Shown here in pieces: positions 34,774-43,869 of a DNA stretch of 64,000 nt. Under the pieces are notes generated by a model, which was not told where the DNA came from, searched no databases, and saw only the letters and a list, made by a program, of their open reading frames with translations. The stretch is from a virus, in the IMG/VR virus record IMGVR_UViG_3300033047_000016; one strand, given 5' to 3'. Positions within the stretch are counted from its first letter, which is position 1; each line of letters starts with the position of its first letter. The translations under genes were made by a program, and so were the position numbers.

Positions 34774-37646
34774 ACGGTGAATTCACCACACGATTTGCAG
34801 ATGGACGATCAGGGTGTAAAAAGCCGGATCGTTTCATGTTTAAAAGGAATGGATGGTCGTGGGACGTCAATACGAAGGGGTGGACCACACCAGACATTGA
34901 GAACGCACGTCCACTCATAAAGCACGCGGTCGGTGCCGCCAAAGAGCATCTGGTAGTGGCTGAGCGCGTGCGCGAGGCTATTGTAGCGGAATCTTGGGCC
35001 GAGGATACCGAAACAATCTTTCCGGCCCCTGACGGGGAGCATTACCTACCCTTTCAAAAGGCTGGGATAGAGTACGCCATAAAACGCAAACACACTCTGA
35101 TCGCTGACCCACCCGGTCTAGGTAAATCGCAACCAGTAGATGAGCCTGTGTTGACCCCGAATGGGTGGACAACCATGGGAGAGTTGCGTGTTGGGGATTT
35201 TGTGGTTGGGGTGGACGGGAGAAAAACCAAAGTAGTTGGAGTTTTTCCGCAAGGTATTTTAGATACATATCAGGTAAAGTTTTCTGACGGTGCGTCCACT
35301 TTCTGTAGCAATTCACACTTATGGGCTGTGGCAGATTCCAATAGACGTAAACGCACAAACGATTTTACTGTAAAACCTCTATCTGAAATATCTGATCGTG
35401 GATTGAAAGAAGGTACACGCAAAAAGTGGACTGTACCGGTTATGGGTCCTGTGGAATTTCCCGAGAGAAAGTTTGTGATACCCCCATATACATTGGGGGT
35501 GCTGCTGGGTGATGGGAGTTTACATCAATCCAGCCCATGTGTGTCAATCGCAAATTTTGAGTCAGAAATAAAAGATAGACTGGAAGCAGAGATTCTGCCG
35601 GGATACCGACTACACAGCGCCCGAAAAGCAGATAAAACTAATCGCTGTAAGCAGTATACAATAAGTCGCCCACGCTGTGGCTCATCTCCATCAACATATA
35701 TGACCGAATTACGGCGATTAAATCTGGCAGTTAAGGGTGATAAAAAAAGAATTCCAGCGGAATATTTAACAGCCTCAGCAGAACAACGGCTTGAGCTTTT
35801 GCGGGGTCTCATGGATTCTGATGGAAGTGCACGCCAAAACAGAATAACGTTCCATTCGTGCAATCCTTATCTGGCGGCGGACGTACAGCAGCTTGTGTGG
35901 TCTTTAGGAGGCATTGCCAGTGAGCGTACCTACGTGCGACACGATGGAAAGTCCGATGAAACGAGAATCAACGTAACGCTCGACACATGCCCGTTTCACT
36001 TGACTAGAAAAGCCACCGAATGGTCCCCAAATCGCAGGCACCACCGTGTCCGAAGGTTTATTGACTCTATTACCAAGGTAGGGAAGAGTCCTCACGTATG
36101 TATTTCTGTAGCTGCGGCTGACAACTTATACGTCACTAGAGATTATGTTGTGACACACAATACAATTCAGGCAATCGGAGTGCACAATGCAACAAAAGCC
36201 AAACGTGTTTTAGTGGTGTGCCCAGCGTCATTGAAAGTGAACTGGAAGCGGGAATGGGAAAAATGGGATGTGCATGGCCTTTCCGTAGGCATTGCACACT
36301 CAAAAACCAGAACAAAAACAGTAAAAGAAATAGTCGAAGGCGTGGAAGAAAAGTGGGTAAAGCGCTGGACTGAGCACGTGTGGCCTGACACAGATGTTGT
36401 GATGATAAATTACGACATGCTGGATGCGTTTAACGACGCCGTAAAAGATGTGTCGTGGGACTTGCTGATTTGTGATGAGGCGCATCTTTTAAAAACAAAG
36501 ACGGCACTGCGCACATTATGTGTGTTCGGCGGGGCACGAAAGGGTGCCAGAAAAAATGGAATACAAACCAGAAAGCCAAAGACCTATACTGCAATTGAAG
36601 CAACCAAGACACTGTTTCTGACCGGAACACCTATTCTATCCAAGCCGGTTGAGCTATGGAACCTTATTAGAATCTGTGATCGTCCCGGTCTCGGTAAGAA
36701 CTATGATGATTTTGTCTTCGACTTCTGCGGTGCATATTATGAAGGTGACCATTTAAATGTTATGGGAGCATCCAATTCCGACGAATTGAATCGGCTGATG
36801 CGTGAGAGATTTATGGTACGCAGAGACAAGCGCTCTGTATTAAAAGAATTGCCAGACAAGACTCGCGAATTGATAATGTTGCCGCAGGATAAATTAGAGA
36901 AGCCAGTTAAAAAAGAACTGTCTCGAATGGAATCTGCGCTGAATGTGTACGAAAGTATAATTGGAATAAGCGAAGAAGACCGGTCATTCCGATACATAAA
37001 GGCCATTGAATCTCTCACAGACAAGCTTGCAAAAGCACTCGAAGAACAAGACAGCGAAACTCCTAATTGGGATTTAGCTGTAAAGACAATGGAAGAACCT
37101 GATCAAATTTTGTTCACAGAAATAAGTCTGGCACGAGAAGAAGTTGCAATTGCAAAAGTTGGAATGGTGGTAGAACACATCAAGAAGCTGGTAGATTCCG
37201 AGGAGCCAGTGATTTGTTTTGCGTATCACAAGTCTGTGATATCGACAATAAAAGAACGCTTGGAGAAGGTAGGCATAAGCGTTGGTGTGGTCACAGGATC
37301 AGTGGCATCAAACAAGCGGCAGCAGGTCGTTGACGACTTTCAATCAGGTTCGTACGATGTGATCCTTGGAAACATAATCGCCATGGGTGTTGGCTTCACG
37401 CTAACGCGTGCCAGTTTCGTTGTGTTCGCTGAGTTGGATTGGGTGCCAGCACTCATCGAACAGGCTGAAGACAGGGCGTGGCGGTACGGCCAACTTAATG
37501 CTGTACTTGTCCAGCATCTTGTGGTAGATGGGTCCATCGAAGCACGGATGGCGATTGCGCTGTTGGACAAAATGGGAGTAATACATGACACACTGGATTA
37601 TCGCGATACCCCTTATCCTTATGACGACGATGTCAGCGATGGCTGA
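34752..37646 (+). CDS. SNF2/SF2 helicase containing an intein
   Basis: LIADPPGLGK|T, VCPAS, DEAH, LTGTP, GVGFTL and QAEDRAWRYGQ motifs. Confidence 0.93.
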   Translation: MAAFDRINGEFTTRFADGRSGCKKPDRFMFKRNGWSWDVNTKGWTTPDIENARPLIKHAVGAAKEHLVVAERVREAIVAESWAEDTETIFPAPDGEHYLPFQKAGIEYAIKRKHTLIADPPGLGKSQPVDEPVLTPNGWTTMGELRVGDFVVGVDGRKTKVVGVFPQGILDTYQVKFSDGASTFCSNSHLWAVADSNRRKRTNDFTVKPLSEISDRGLKEGTRKKWTVPVMGPVEFPERKFVIPPYTLGVLLGDGSLHQSSPCVSIANFESEIKDRLEAEILPGYRLHSARKADKTNRCKQYTISRPRCGSSPSTYMTELRRLNLAVKGDKKRIPAEYLTASAEQRLELLRGLMDSDGSARQNRITFHSCNPYLAADVQQLVWSLGGIASERTYVRHDGKSDETRINVTLDTCPFHLTRKATEWSPNRRHHRVRRFIDSITKVGKSPHVCISVAAADNLYVTRDYVVTHNTIQAIGVHNATKAKRVLVVCPASLKVNWKREWEKWDVHGLSVGIAHSKTRTKTVKEIVEGVEEKWVKRWTEHVWPDTDVVMINYDMLDAFNDAVKDVSWDLLICDEAHLLKTKTALRTLCVFGGARKGARKNGIQTRKPKTYTAIEATKTLFLTGTPILSKPVELWNLIRICDRPGLGKNYDDFVFDFCGAYYEGDHLNVMGASNSDELNRLMRERFMVRRDKRSVLKELPDKTRELIMLPQDKLEKPVKKELSRMESALNVYESIIGISEEDRSFRYIKAIESLTDKLAKALEEQDSETPNWDLAVKTMEEPDQILFTEISLAREEVAIAKVGMVVEHIKKLVDSEEPVICFAYHKSVISTIKERLEKVGISVGVVTGSVASNKRQQVVDDFQSGSYDVILGNIIAMGVGFTLTRASFVVFAELDWVPALIEQAEDRAWRYGQLNAVLVQHLVVDGSIEARMAIALLDKMGVIHDTLDYRDTPYPYDDDVSDG
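35127..36161 (+). mobile_element. intein with LAGLIDADG endonuclease (345 aa) in the helicase Walker A
   Basis: SQPVDEPVLTPNGW...HLW...LGVLLGDG...LRGLMDSDGS...VCISV...VTHN|T. Confidence 0.92.
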
Positions 37647-37941
37647 GACTCCGTGTCGAACGAATCACCGAGGTCAAGCCGTCTGTAAAGACGCCGCTGG
37701 TGACCAGTGGACCCAGCGAAAAGACCATCGAGACAGGACCATTTGGGTCAATCAAAGAACACATGAACGGGTTCGCGAGCGGGTGAACAACAACCGTGGC
37801 GTGGACTTCATCGCATCCAATGGCGCAACCGTTGGACGCACCACTAAGCGATCCGGGAATCGGACCCGCATTGAATCCAGCGGGGGTATTCTCGTGTGCC
37901 GACCTGATCCTAAAAGGCTCATACGCTGTCATAAAGAGTAA
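37585..37941 (+). CDS. putative exported basic protein
   Basis: Signal-peptide-like N-terminus; GGGAG RBS. Confidence 0.6.
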   Translation: MTHWIIAIPLILMTTMSAMAETPCRTNHRGQAVCKDAAGDQWTQRKDHRDRTIWVNQRTHERVRERVNNNRGVDFIASNGATVGRTTKRSGNRTRIESSGGILVCRPDPKRLIRCHKE

Positions 37942-37948
37942 TTACCTG

Positions 37949-37977
37949 TTGACACGTTGTAAAACACCTAGTACAAA
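37949..37977 (+). promoter_or_regulatory. sigma70-like promoter for the HD / PvuII-like / Pol A operon
   Basis: TTGACA-N17-TACAAA. Confidence 0.65.
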
Positions 37978-38002
37978 GCTATCACACAAATAAGGAAAAA
38001 GC

Positions 38003-38617
38003 ATGGAAAGCCCATGGATTTTAACGGCATCAGGCCGTAAGTACCACTATTTGAATAACGACCCGACTGAATTTCACGTACCAGACATGGCAGCATCGCT
38101 GTCGAGAATATGTCGGTACAACGGGCACCTGTCAGATCAATACGACGACGACATTTACAGCGTGGCACAACACAGTGTGTATGTGTACTGGCTGTTGGTG
38201 AAGGTCGGTGCCCCAAAGCGCGCACTGCCGTGGGCCATTGCTCATGATATGCCAGAAGCCTATTGGACTGATGTGCCAAGCCCTCTCAAATCCATTCTGC
38301 CGGAATACAAGCGCTTGGAGCACGGCGCTGGGGAGCTTATGCGCCACTATCTAGGCATTCCGCACGACGACGAAATTGAACGTGTTGTCAAGTGGGCTGA
38401 TATGCAGATTCTCTATGCCGAAAGTCAGGAGATAACCAGCATCCCATCGGAACTGTGGGATACTGGAATGAAAGCCGATTACACGCTACAGGAGATTGAC
38501 GAAAACTTCTGCCTGTGGCGTCCGAGATTGGCAAGGAAAATGTTCATGCAGGAGTACGACAAAGCAATGCAACACGCACACAAATCAGGAGGGCTGCAGT
38601 ATGCCAACGCATCTTAA
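38003..38617 (+). CDS. HD-domain 5'-deoxynucleotidase (YfbR/YfdR-like)
   Basis: LSRICRYNGH, YSVAQHS, HDMPEAY..D.PSPLK and K.AD motifs. Confidence 0.88.
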   Translation: MESPWILTASGRKYHYLNNDPTEFHVPDMAASLSRICRYNGHLSDQYDDDIYSVAQHSVYVYWLLVKVGAPKRALPWAIAHDMPEAYWTDVPSPLKSILPEYKRLEHGAGELMRHYLGIPHDDEIERVVKWADMQILYAESQEITSIPSELWDTGMKADYTLQEIDENFCLWRPRLARKMFMQEYDKAMQHAHKSGGLQYANAS

Positions 38618-39134
38618 TATGCGCTACGCGGAGATTGAATCTCTGTGGCCCGGAATCCAAGCATTCCAAGCCCTCGCCGACCAATACGGCGTGCCGGATA
38701 TTTTTGCTGACAACGGCGGAAAGGTTGTTCAACTTGCCGTTGCAACAGGTCTCGATATTGTGCCCGGACGAATGGGAGCAGACTACGCCGACCGCATGGG
38801 AAATGAATACGAGGTCAAGACGGTAAACACCGCCAAGAACGTTCGGGGTTTCACTACCAATCACCATCTAACCAAGAAGACGATTGGTAATTACCGCACG
38901 CGTCGGTGGGTGTTTGCAATGTACGACAACATCACGCTGGATGAAGCATACCTTGTAGAGTCAATAGAAATGGAATCAATTTTCATGAAGTGGGAGTTGG
39001 CACTTGGGGGAAAGAGGGACCACCTCAACAATCCAAAAATCCCCATTGACTTCGTCCGCCAAGTTGGTACGGTCATGTATATGAAAGACGTGGCCCCGGC
39101 ATGGATTTCTGGTAAGAAAATGGCGGTGGCGTGA
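38601..39134 (+). CDS. PvuII-family restriction endonuclease
   Basis: Colinear with R.PvuII: LWP.IQ, DIF.DNGGK, PGR.G.D..D..G.EYE.K, GF.T.HH, NNPKIP. Confidence 0.9.
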   Translation: MPTHLNMRYAEIESLWPGIQAFQALADQYGVPDIFADNGGKVVQLAVATGLDIVPGRMGADYADRMGNEYEVKTVNTAKNVRGFTTNHHLTKKTIGNYRTRRWVFAMYDNITLDEAYLVESIEMESIFMKWELALGGKRDHLNNPKIPIDFVRQVGTVMYMKDVAPAWISGKKMAVA

Positions 39135-39433
39135 CACACACTAAATTTCTTGAAGCAATGGTCCTCGTCACGCTATTCTGCGTGGTGGGGGCGACAACGG
39201 CCTACGGAGAAGATGTAGACTTCTTCTGCAACAGTGCTACCGCCGCCGAGGCATCTGTGGACCCAGAAATACGAAAGCAACTAATTGAGACCACTACCTG
39301 TGGCTATTTTACACAGAGATATGGTTTCATGTCTAAAGGCACGCTGACACACGTAAAAGATGTTGACGGGACAGACAAGTCAGTCTATTTTGTTGACTAT
39401 GGAAATGGCACCTACACATACACGGTAAAATAA
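39131..39433 (+). CDS. putative exported protein
   Basis: Signal-peptide-like N-terminus. Confidence 0.6.
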   Translation: MTHTKFLEAMVLVTLFCVVGATTAYGEDVDFFCNSATAAEASVDPEIRKQLIETTTCGYFTQRYGFMSKGTLTHVKDVDGTDKSVYFVDYGNGTYTYTVK

Positions 39434-41670
39434 TGCAATCAGCATTCGATCACATAATCTTCGACATTGAAACGAACGGGCTGCTCCCGGCGCACATTGA
39501 CCCGCCGTTCTGCATGGACCGTATTCATTGCCTGTCTATAAAAGACATAGAAACCGGAGAGCATCGCAGTTATGTGAACGACGATTTATTTCCTCTGAAT
39601 TCTCTGGTCCTTGATGCCCTGCGTGAGTTGGGCCACAATTACGTGCGTCCATTGTCTGAAGGTATTGAGTTATTGTCGAATGCCGTGACCTTGATCGGTC
39701 ACAACATAATTGACTTTGATCTACCAGCAATTGAAATGATCTATCCAGACTTTCAAACGGACGCGCGCATAATCGACACACTGGTTATGGTGCGCATGTG
39801 CTTTGCTGACATCAAAGAAAAAGACTTCAGGATGGCTGCACGTGGCACACTTGAGGGTAAGTTCATTGGTACGCAGGGTTTGGAAGCTTGGGGACAGCGG
39901 CTTGGTTTGGCCAAAGGCGATTACAAAAAAGATCGCGAATTAGAATTGAAGGCGCTACACAAAGAGCGCAGCCTAGAGCCGCCCACAAAAGAAGAACTGC
40001 ACCACTATGTGTGGGGCACGTGGAATGTGCCAATGCACGATTACATGGTTCTCGACGTGGACGTCAACGACAAATTGTGGATCAAGATTGACGAAACCAA
40101 TTGGTCGCGCGAGTCGATGCGTCTTGAGCACGAAATTCACGCACTTATGGTGCAGCAGGAACGCAACGGGTTCTTCTTTGATGAAGTCCGCGCACGCAAG
40201 CTTGGAGACAAGTTGCAGGCCGAATATGATATTTTTGCAGGCGAAGCAACCGACGAGATTGGACGCTGGTTCCGCCCATCACGTTGGCATTCTCAAGAAG
40301 AGGATGGCTCTGGAATTGATTTAGATCGCGGCGAGAATAAAAAACGCCGTTCGTGGGGCAACATCGACGTACCAAAGCGCACGATAAGCTACTCCAAATC
40401 GAATGCAAAACTAGATGGCGACTATCGAAAGATGCGCGCCAGTACTGTAAAAGACGTGCCATTCGTACGTGTGGAACTGCGCGACTTTAACCCCAATAGT
40501 CGCCAGCAGATTGTTGATCGGCTGTCACATCTTTATGGGTGGACACCGCAGGACTTCACCGAGAAAGGTAGCCCCAGAGTTGACGATGAGATTCTGCGTA
40601 ACTTAGTAGACGAGATACCGCTGGCAAGGGTGCTCGCTGAGTTGTTCTACTACAAAAAGCGTATAGGGATGGTTGTAGACGGAAAGAACGGCTGGTTGAA
40701 GCTCCTACGAAGCGACGGGCGTATTCATGGGCGAGTTAACGTCGGTGGCACTGTCACCGGTCGCGCTACGCACTCACGTCCAAATATCTCTCAGGTACCC
40801 GCCGTAAAAGTATTGGAGACGAAGGATTACAACAAGGGCCTAGATTGGATTGTCGAGCACAAGGATGCTGGGACATTCGTGGACGCCAGTTGGAGCGAGA
40901 AAAAGGGTGAATGGGCTATCTATGTTCGTGGGCGTAAAGGCGACCACGGGTGGGATTGCCGTGAGTTATTTACTGTTCCGGTTGGATATAAATTAGTTGG
41001 TTGTGACCTGTCCGGCATTGAATTCCGATGCCTTGCAAATCTGACATTCCAGTTCGATGATGGTGAACTTGTTGATATCGTTCTCAACGGGGATATCCAC
41101 CAGAGGAATGCAGACAGCGCCGGTATTTCGCGGTCCATCGCCAAGCGTCTTTTGTACGCAGCCATGTATGGAGGTGGGGACGGCAAGTTAGGATCAATCG
41201 TTGAGCCACTAGCTTCTGAAGGACGCCAGCGTTCACTAGGAAAGCAGTTGCGTGCCAAACTTATGGCAGCTATGCCGTCCTTGAACAAAGCGATCAAGGA
41301 GATTCATAAAGAAGCGCGTAAGAACGGCAACACTATTGCGGGCCTCGACGGACGCCGCCTTTATATTAGGGCCAAGCACGCCGCCTTGAATATGCGGTTG
41401 CAGTCAGATGGGGCTTTGATCGCCAAGAAATGGTGTCTCATGGTTGACGACGCCTTCTATGCGGAAGGCTGGGATCACGGCGTAGGTAAGGAATACGCGT
41501 TCTGTAGCTGGTCTCACGACGAGATTCAAATCTCAGTGCGTGAAGACTTGGCAGAACGCGCCGCCGAGATTATGGAACAGATGGCACCTGAAGCTGGCAA
41601 GTACTTCGGGTTCAACTGCCCTGTGGCGGCGGAGTCGAATATAGGTATGACGTGGGCTGAAACTCACTAA
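39433..41670 (+). CDS. polA: T7-type family A DNA polymerase with 3'-5' exonuclease
   Basis: FDIETNGL, GHNIIDFD, FNPNSR, TGRATHSRPN, DLSGIEFR, AKRLLYA.MYG and HDE motifs. Confidence 0.96.
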   Translation: MQSAFDHIIFDIETNGLLPAHIDPPFCMDRIHCLSIKDIETGEHRSYVNDDLFPLNSLVLDALRELGHNYVRPLSEGIELLSNAVTLIGHNIIDFDLPAIEMIYPDFQTDARIIDTLVMVRMCFADIKEKDFRMAARGTLEGKFIGTQGLEAWGQRLGLAKGDYKKDRELELKALHKERSLEPPTKEELHHYVWGTWNVPMHDYMVLDVDVNDKLWIKIDETNWSRESMRLEHEIHALMVQQERNGFFFDEVRARKLGDKLQAEYDIFAGEATDEIGRWFRPSRWHSQEEDGSGIDLDRGENKKRRSWGNIDVPKRTISYSKSNAKLDGDYRKMRASTVKDVPFVRVELRDFNPNSRQQIVDRLSHLYGWTPQDFTEKGSPRVDDEILRNLVDEIPLARVLAELFYYKKRIGMVVDGKNGWLKLLRSDGRIHGRVNVGGTVTGRATHSRPNISQVPAVKVLETKDYNKGLDWIVEHKDAGTFVDASWSEKKGEWAIYVRGRKGDHGWDCRELFTVPVGYKLVGCDLSGIEFRCLANLTFQFDDGELVDIVLNGDIHQRNADSAGISRSIAKRLLYAAMYGGGDGKLGSIVEPLASEGRQRSLGKQLRAKLMAAMPSLNKAIKEIHKEARKNGNTIAGLDGRRLYIRAKHAALNMRLQSDGALIAKKWCLMVDDAFYAEGWDHGVGKEYAFCSWSHDEIQISVREDLAERAAEIMEQMAPEAGKYFGFNCPVAAESNIGMTWAETH

Positions 41671-41678
41671 AATAACTC

Positions 41679-41729
41679 TTGACAAGGATTGAAGCTCTGA
41701 TATAAGGGCACTACTAAGGAAACGAATCA
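41679..41729 (+). promoter_or_regulatory. sigma70-like promoter with CGAATCA at the start codon
   Basis: TTGACA-N16-TATAAG; AAGGA-AA-CGAATC-ATG. Confidence 0.6.
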
Positions 41730-42346
41730 TGAACGTACTATTTTTTGACACAGAAACAACCGGGCTTACGAAGCCAAAGTTGGATCACTGCCACCCAGAC
41801 CAGCCAATGCCTGTTCAGTTAGGTATGAAGTTGGATGCTGCAAACCGTGCGGAAATGGGTGCCGTTAACTTCATGATCAAAACTCATGGACAATGGAAAG
41901 TAGACCCTAAAGCTGCGGAAATCACTGGCATCACAAATGCTCTGGCTGACGAGTTTGGGACTGAGCTTATTTCTGCATACGAGGTGTGGCTCGATTACGT
42001 CGCCACAGCCGATATCTTGGTTGCGCACAATGCCGCGTTCGATATTGTAGTAATGCGTCACGCAGGAAAAGTGTATGCGGACGAAACCGGCACCGAATAC
42101 CGCGATCCGTTTGAAGGGAAGAAAGTTATCTGCACGATGCTTGCCAGCATTGATCTGATCAAGGCCACGCCAAAGAGGCGCAGGCAGTGGAAGTGGCCAA
42201 AACTGGAAGAGTGTACACAGAAGCTGTTTGGGTACAAATCTGACGGAGCACACGATGCGCTAGTGGACGTCAGAGACACAGCCAGAGTATTTTATTACCT
42301 CATGGATACGGGAGTATTCGAACGTGAGCAATCTAAAACTAAATGA
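41729..42346 (+). CDS. DnaQ-like DEDDh exonuclease
   Basis: FDTETTG, AHNAAFD, CTM, WPKLEE and AHDALVD motifs. Confidence 0.9.
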   Translation: MNVLFFDTETTGLTKPKLDHCHPDQPMPVQLGMKLDAANRAEMGAVNFMIKTHGQWKVDPKAAEITGITNALADEFGTELISAYEVWLDYVATADILVAHNAAFDIVVMRHAGKVYADETGTEYRDPFEGKKVICTMLASIDLIKATPKRRRQWKWPKLEECTQKLFGYKSDGAHDALVDVRDTARVFYYLMDTGVFEREQSKTK

Positions 42347-42358
42347 AGGTATTGTCCA

Positions 42359-43498
42359 GTGACTAAGACATATTTTGATGAACTGATCGCCAATGGTGTG
42401 CCGGATTCAATCCCACAAGATGGTTTTGCGTTCGAAGACCTTTACGACGAACACATTGCCAACAACCAAAAGACGTGGAAACAAGATCGTCGGTTGACAG
42501 TCGGTGCGTCTGAGTGCTTTGGGTGTATCCGTAAGACGTGGTTCACCAAGCGCGGACACGAGTTCGGCGTCAAGACAGACCCGGATCACGAAGACAATTG
42601 GGGTGCTATGGAACGTGGCAACATGATAGAAAACCACTTCATTGTCCCGGCAATGGAGAGTGGTCTGCGCCGACGTGGTATGGACTTGATCATGGCAGGA
42701 GACGGACAAGACACCATCATTGATGGCATCCATTCCGCGACACTTGACGGACTCGTTATCGACGCCCCTTCCGATGTTTTGGCATTCTACGATGTGCCTG
42801 ACATTAAGTCCGATTGTTTCAATCTTGAAATGAAATCGTTTGACCCGCGCCTGACGCTGGAACACGAAAAGCCGGTTCACCGTGGGCAGGTGCAAATGCA
42901 GATGGGATTGGTTCGTGACACCACGGACTACAAGCCAGAGTTCTCGGCTCTGATGTACATCAACGCATCTTGGTTGACAGACATGCGCTTGTTCCCTATT
43001 CCGTACGACGACGCGGTTTACAATATTGGGCGCGCCCGCAACGAAAAGGTTTTTGCAGAAGACACAGCCAACGCGTTTGCCACAGAAGGCAAGCTGGATG
43101 GCCTATGCAAGTACTGCAATTATCAGGACGCCTGCAACGAAATAACGCGGGAGCGGGTACCTTCAGCAAGAAAAGCGTTGAACAAGCAAGAAATCAGCGA
43201 ACAGGACCAGAAATTCATTGACAGCCTTACGCCCCTTGTGTTACAACGAAATACCCTCAGTAAAGTTGGTAAAGAAACAAAGGTCGCCCTTGAGGAAATC
43301 AACGAGCAAATCAGGCAAGCGTTGATCGCCAAGGGAGAAAGTCGCGTAGTTGGCGGAGATTGGAAAGTCACATACACATCACAGGCTGGACGAAAAACCC
43401 TGTCGAAAGCATTAATGATTGCTGACGGCGTTGACCCCGATAGATATATGCAGGAAGGCGGCAGCTTTGAAAAGCTGACTGTTACGGCAGTACAATGA
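42359..43498 (+). CDS. Cas4/RecB-like PD-(D/E)XK exonuclease
   Basis: C.RK, ATLDG, LEMKS, QVQMQM and CKYC.Y...C motifs. Confidence 0.8.
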   Translation: MTKTYFDELIANGVPDSIPQDGFAFEDLYDEHIANNQKTWKQDRRLTVGASECFGCIRKTWFTKRGHEFGVKTDPDHEDNWGAMERGNMIENHFIVPAMESGLRRRGMDLIMAGDGQDTIIDGIHSATLDGLVIDAPSDVLAFYDVPDIKSDCFNLEMKSFDPRLTLEHEKPVHRGQVQMQMGLVRDTTDYKPEFSALMYINASWLTDMRLFPIPYDDAVYNIGRARNEKVFAEDTANAFATEGKLDGLCKYCNYQDACNEITRERVPSARKALNKQEISEQDQKFIDSLTPLVLQRNTLSKVGKETKVALEEINEQIRQALIAKGESRVVGGDWKVTYTSQAGRKTLSKALMIADGVDPDRYMQEGGSFEKLTVTAVQ

Positions 43499-43770
43499 AC
43501 GCAAAAGAACAAACATACATCGACACTATCTTTGCCAAGGCAACAGTGTCAATGCAAAAGGCCAAGAAAAAATTCCCCCAGCCAAATTATGTCGCGCTAA
43601 AAGTGGCAGAAGAAGCTGGTGAAGTTGTCCGTGCGGCAGTACATTACGCCGAGGATCGCCTAACTTGGGAAGAGCTTGAGGGTGAGGTGGTCCAAACCAT
43701 CGCCATGCTCTTGCGCTTACTGACTGAGGGTGATCAGGTCAATGGGGTGATCCCACCACATCTTAAATAG
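43495..43770 (+). CDS. MazG-like NTP pyrophosphatase
   Basis: EEAGEV...E.EVVQ.IAM. Confidence 0.7.
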   Translation: MNAKEQTYIDTIFAKATVSMQKAKKKFPQPNYVALKVAEEAGEVVRAAVHYAEDRLTWEELEGEVVQTIAMLLRLLTEGDQVNGVIPPHLK

Positions 43771-43869
43771 AATTCCGCATGAGCGGATTGTCGTCACACT
43801 TGTCGGTGGGTGTGTCGGGTTAATTTAAGCACCGTCAAACAAGAGACCAAAAAACAAGGAAACCATACG

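Noticed and set aside
42359-43498. Cas4-like gene as a sign of a CRISPR system
   Set aside because: No array or other cas genes; sits in an ordinary phage recombination cluster
38003-43770. HD hydrolase plus MazG-like plus Pol A as a 2-aminoadenine (Z-genome) pathway
   Set aside because: No PurZ in the window; the HD protein looks YfbR/YfdR-like; strong site avoidance suggests unmodified DNA
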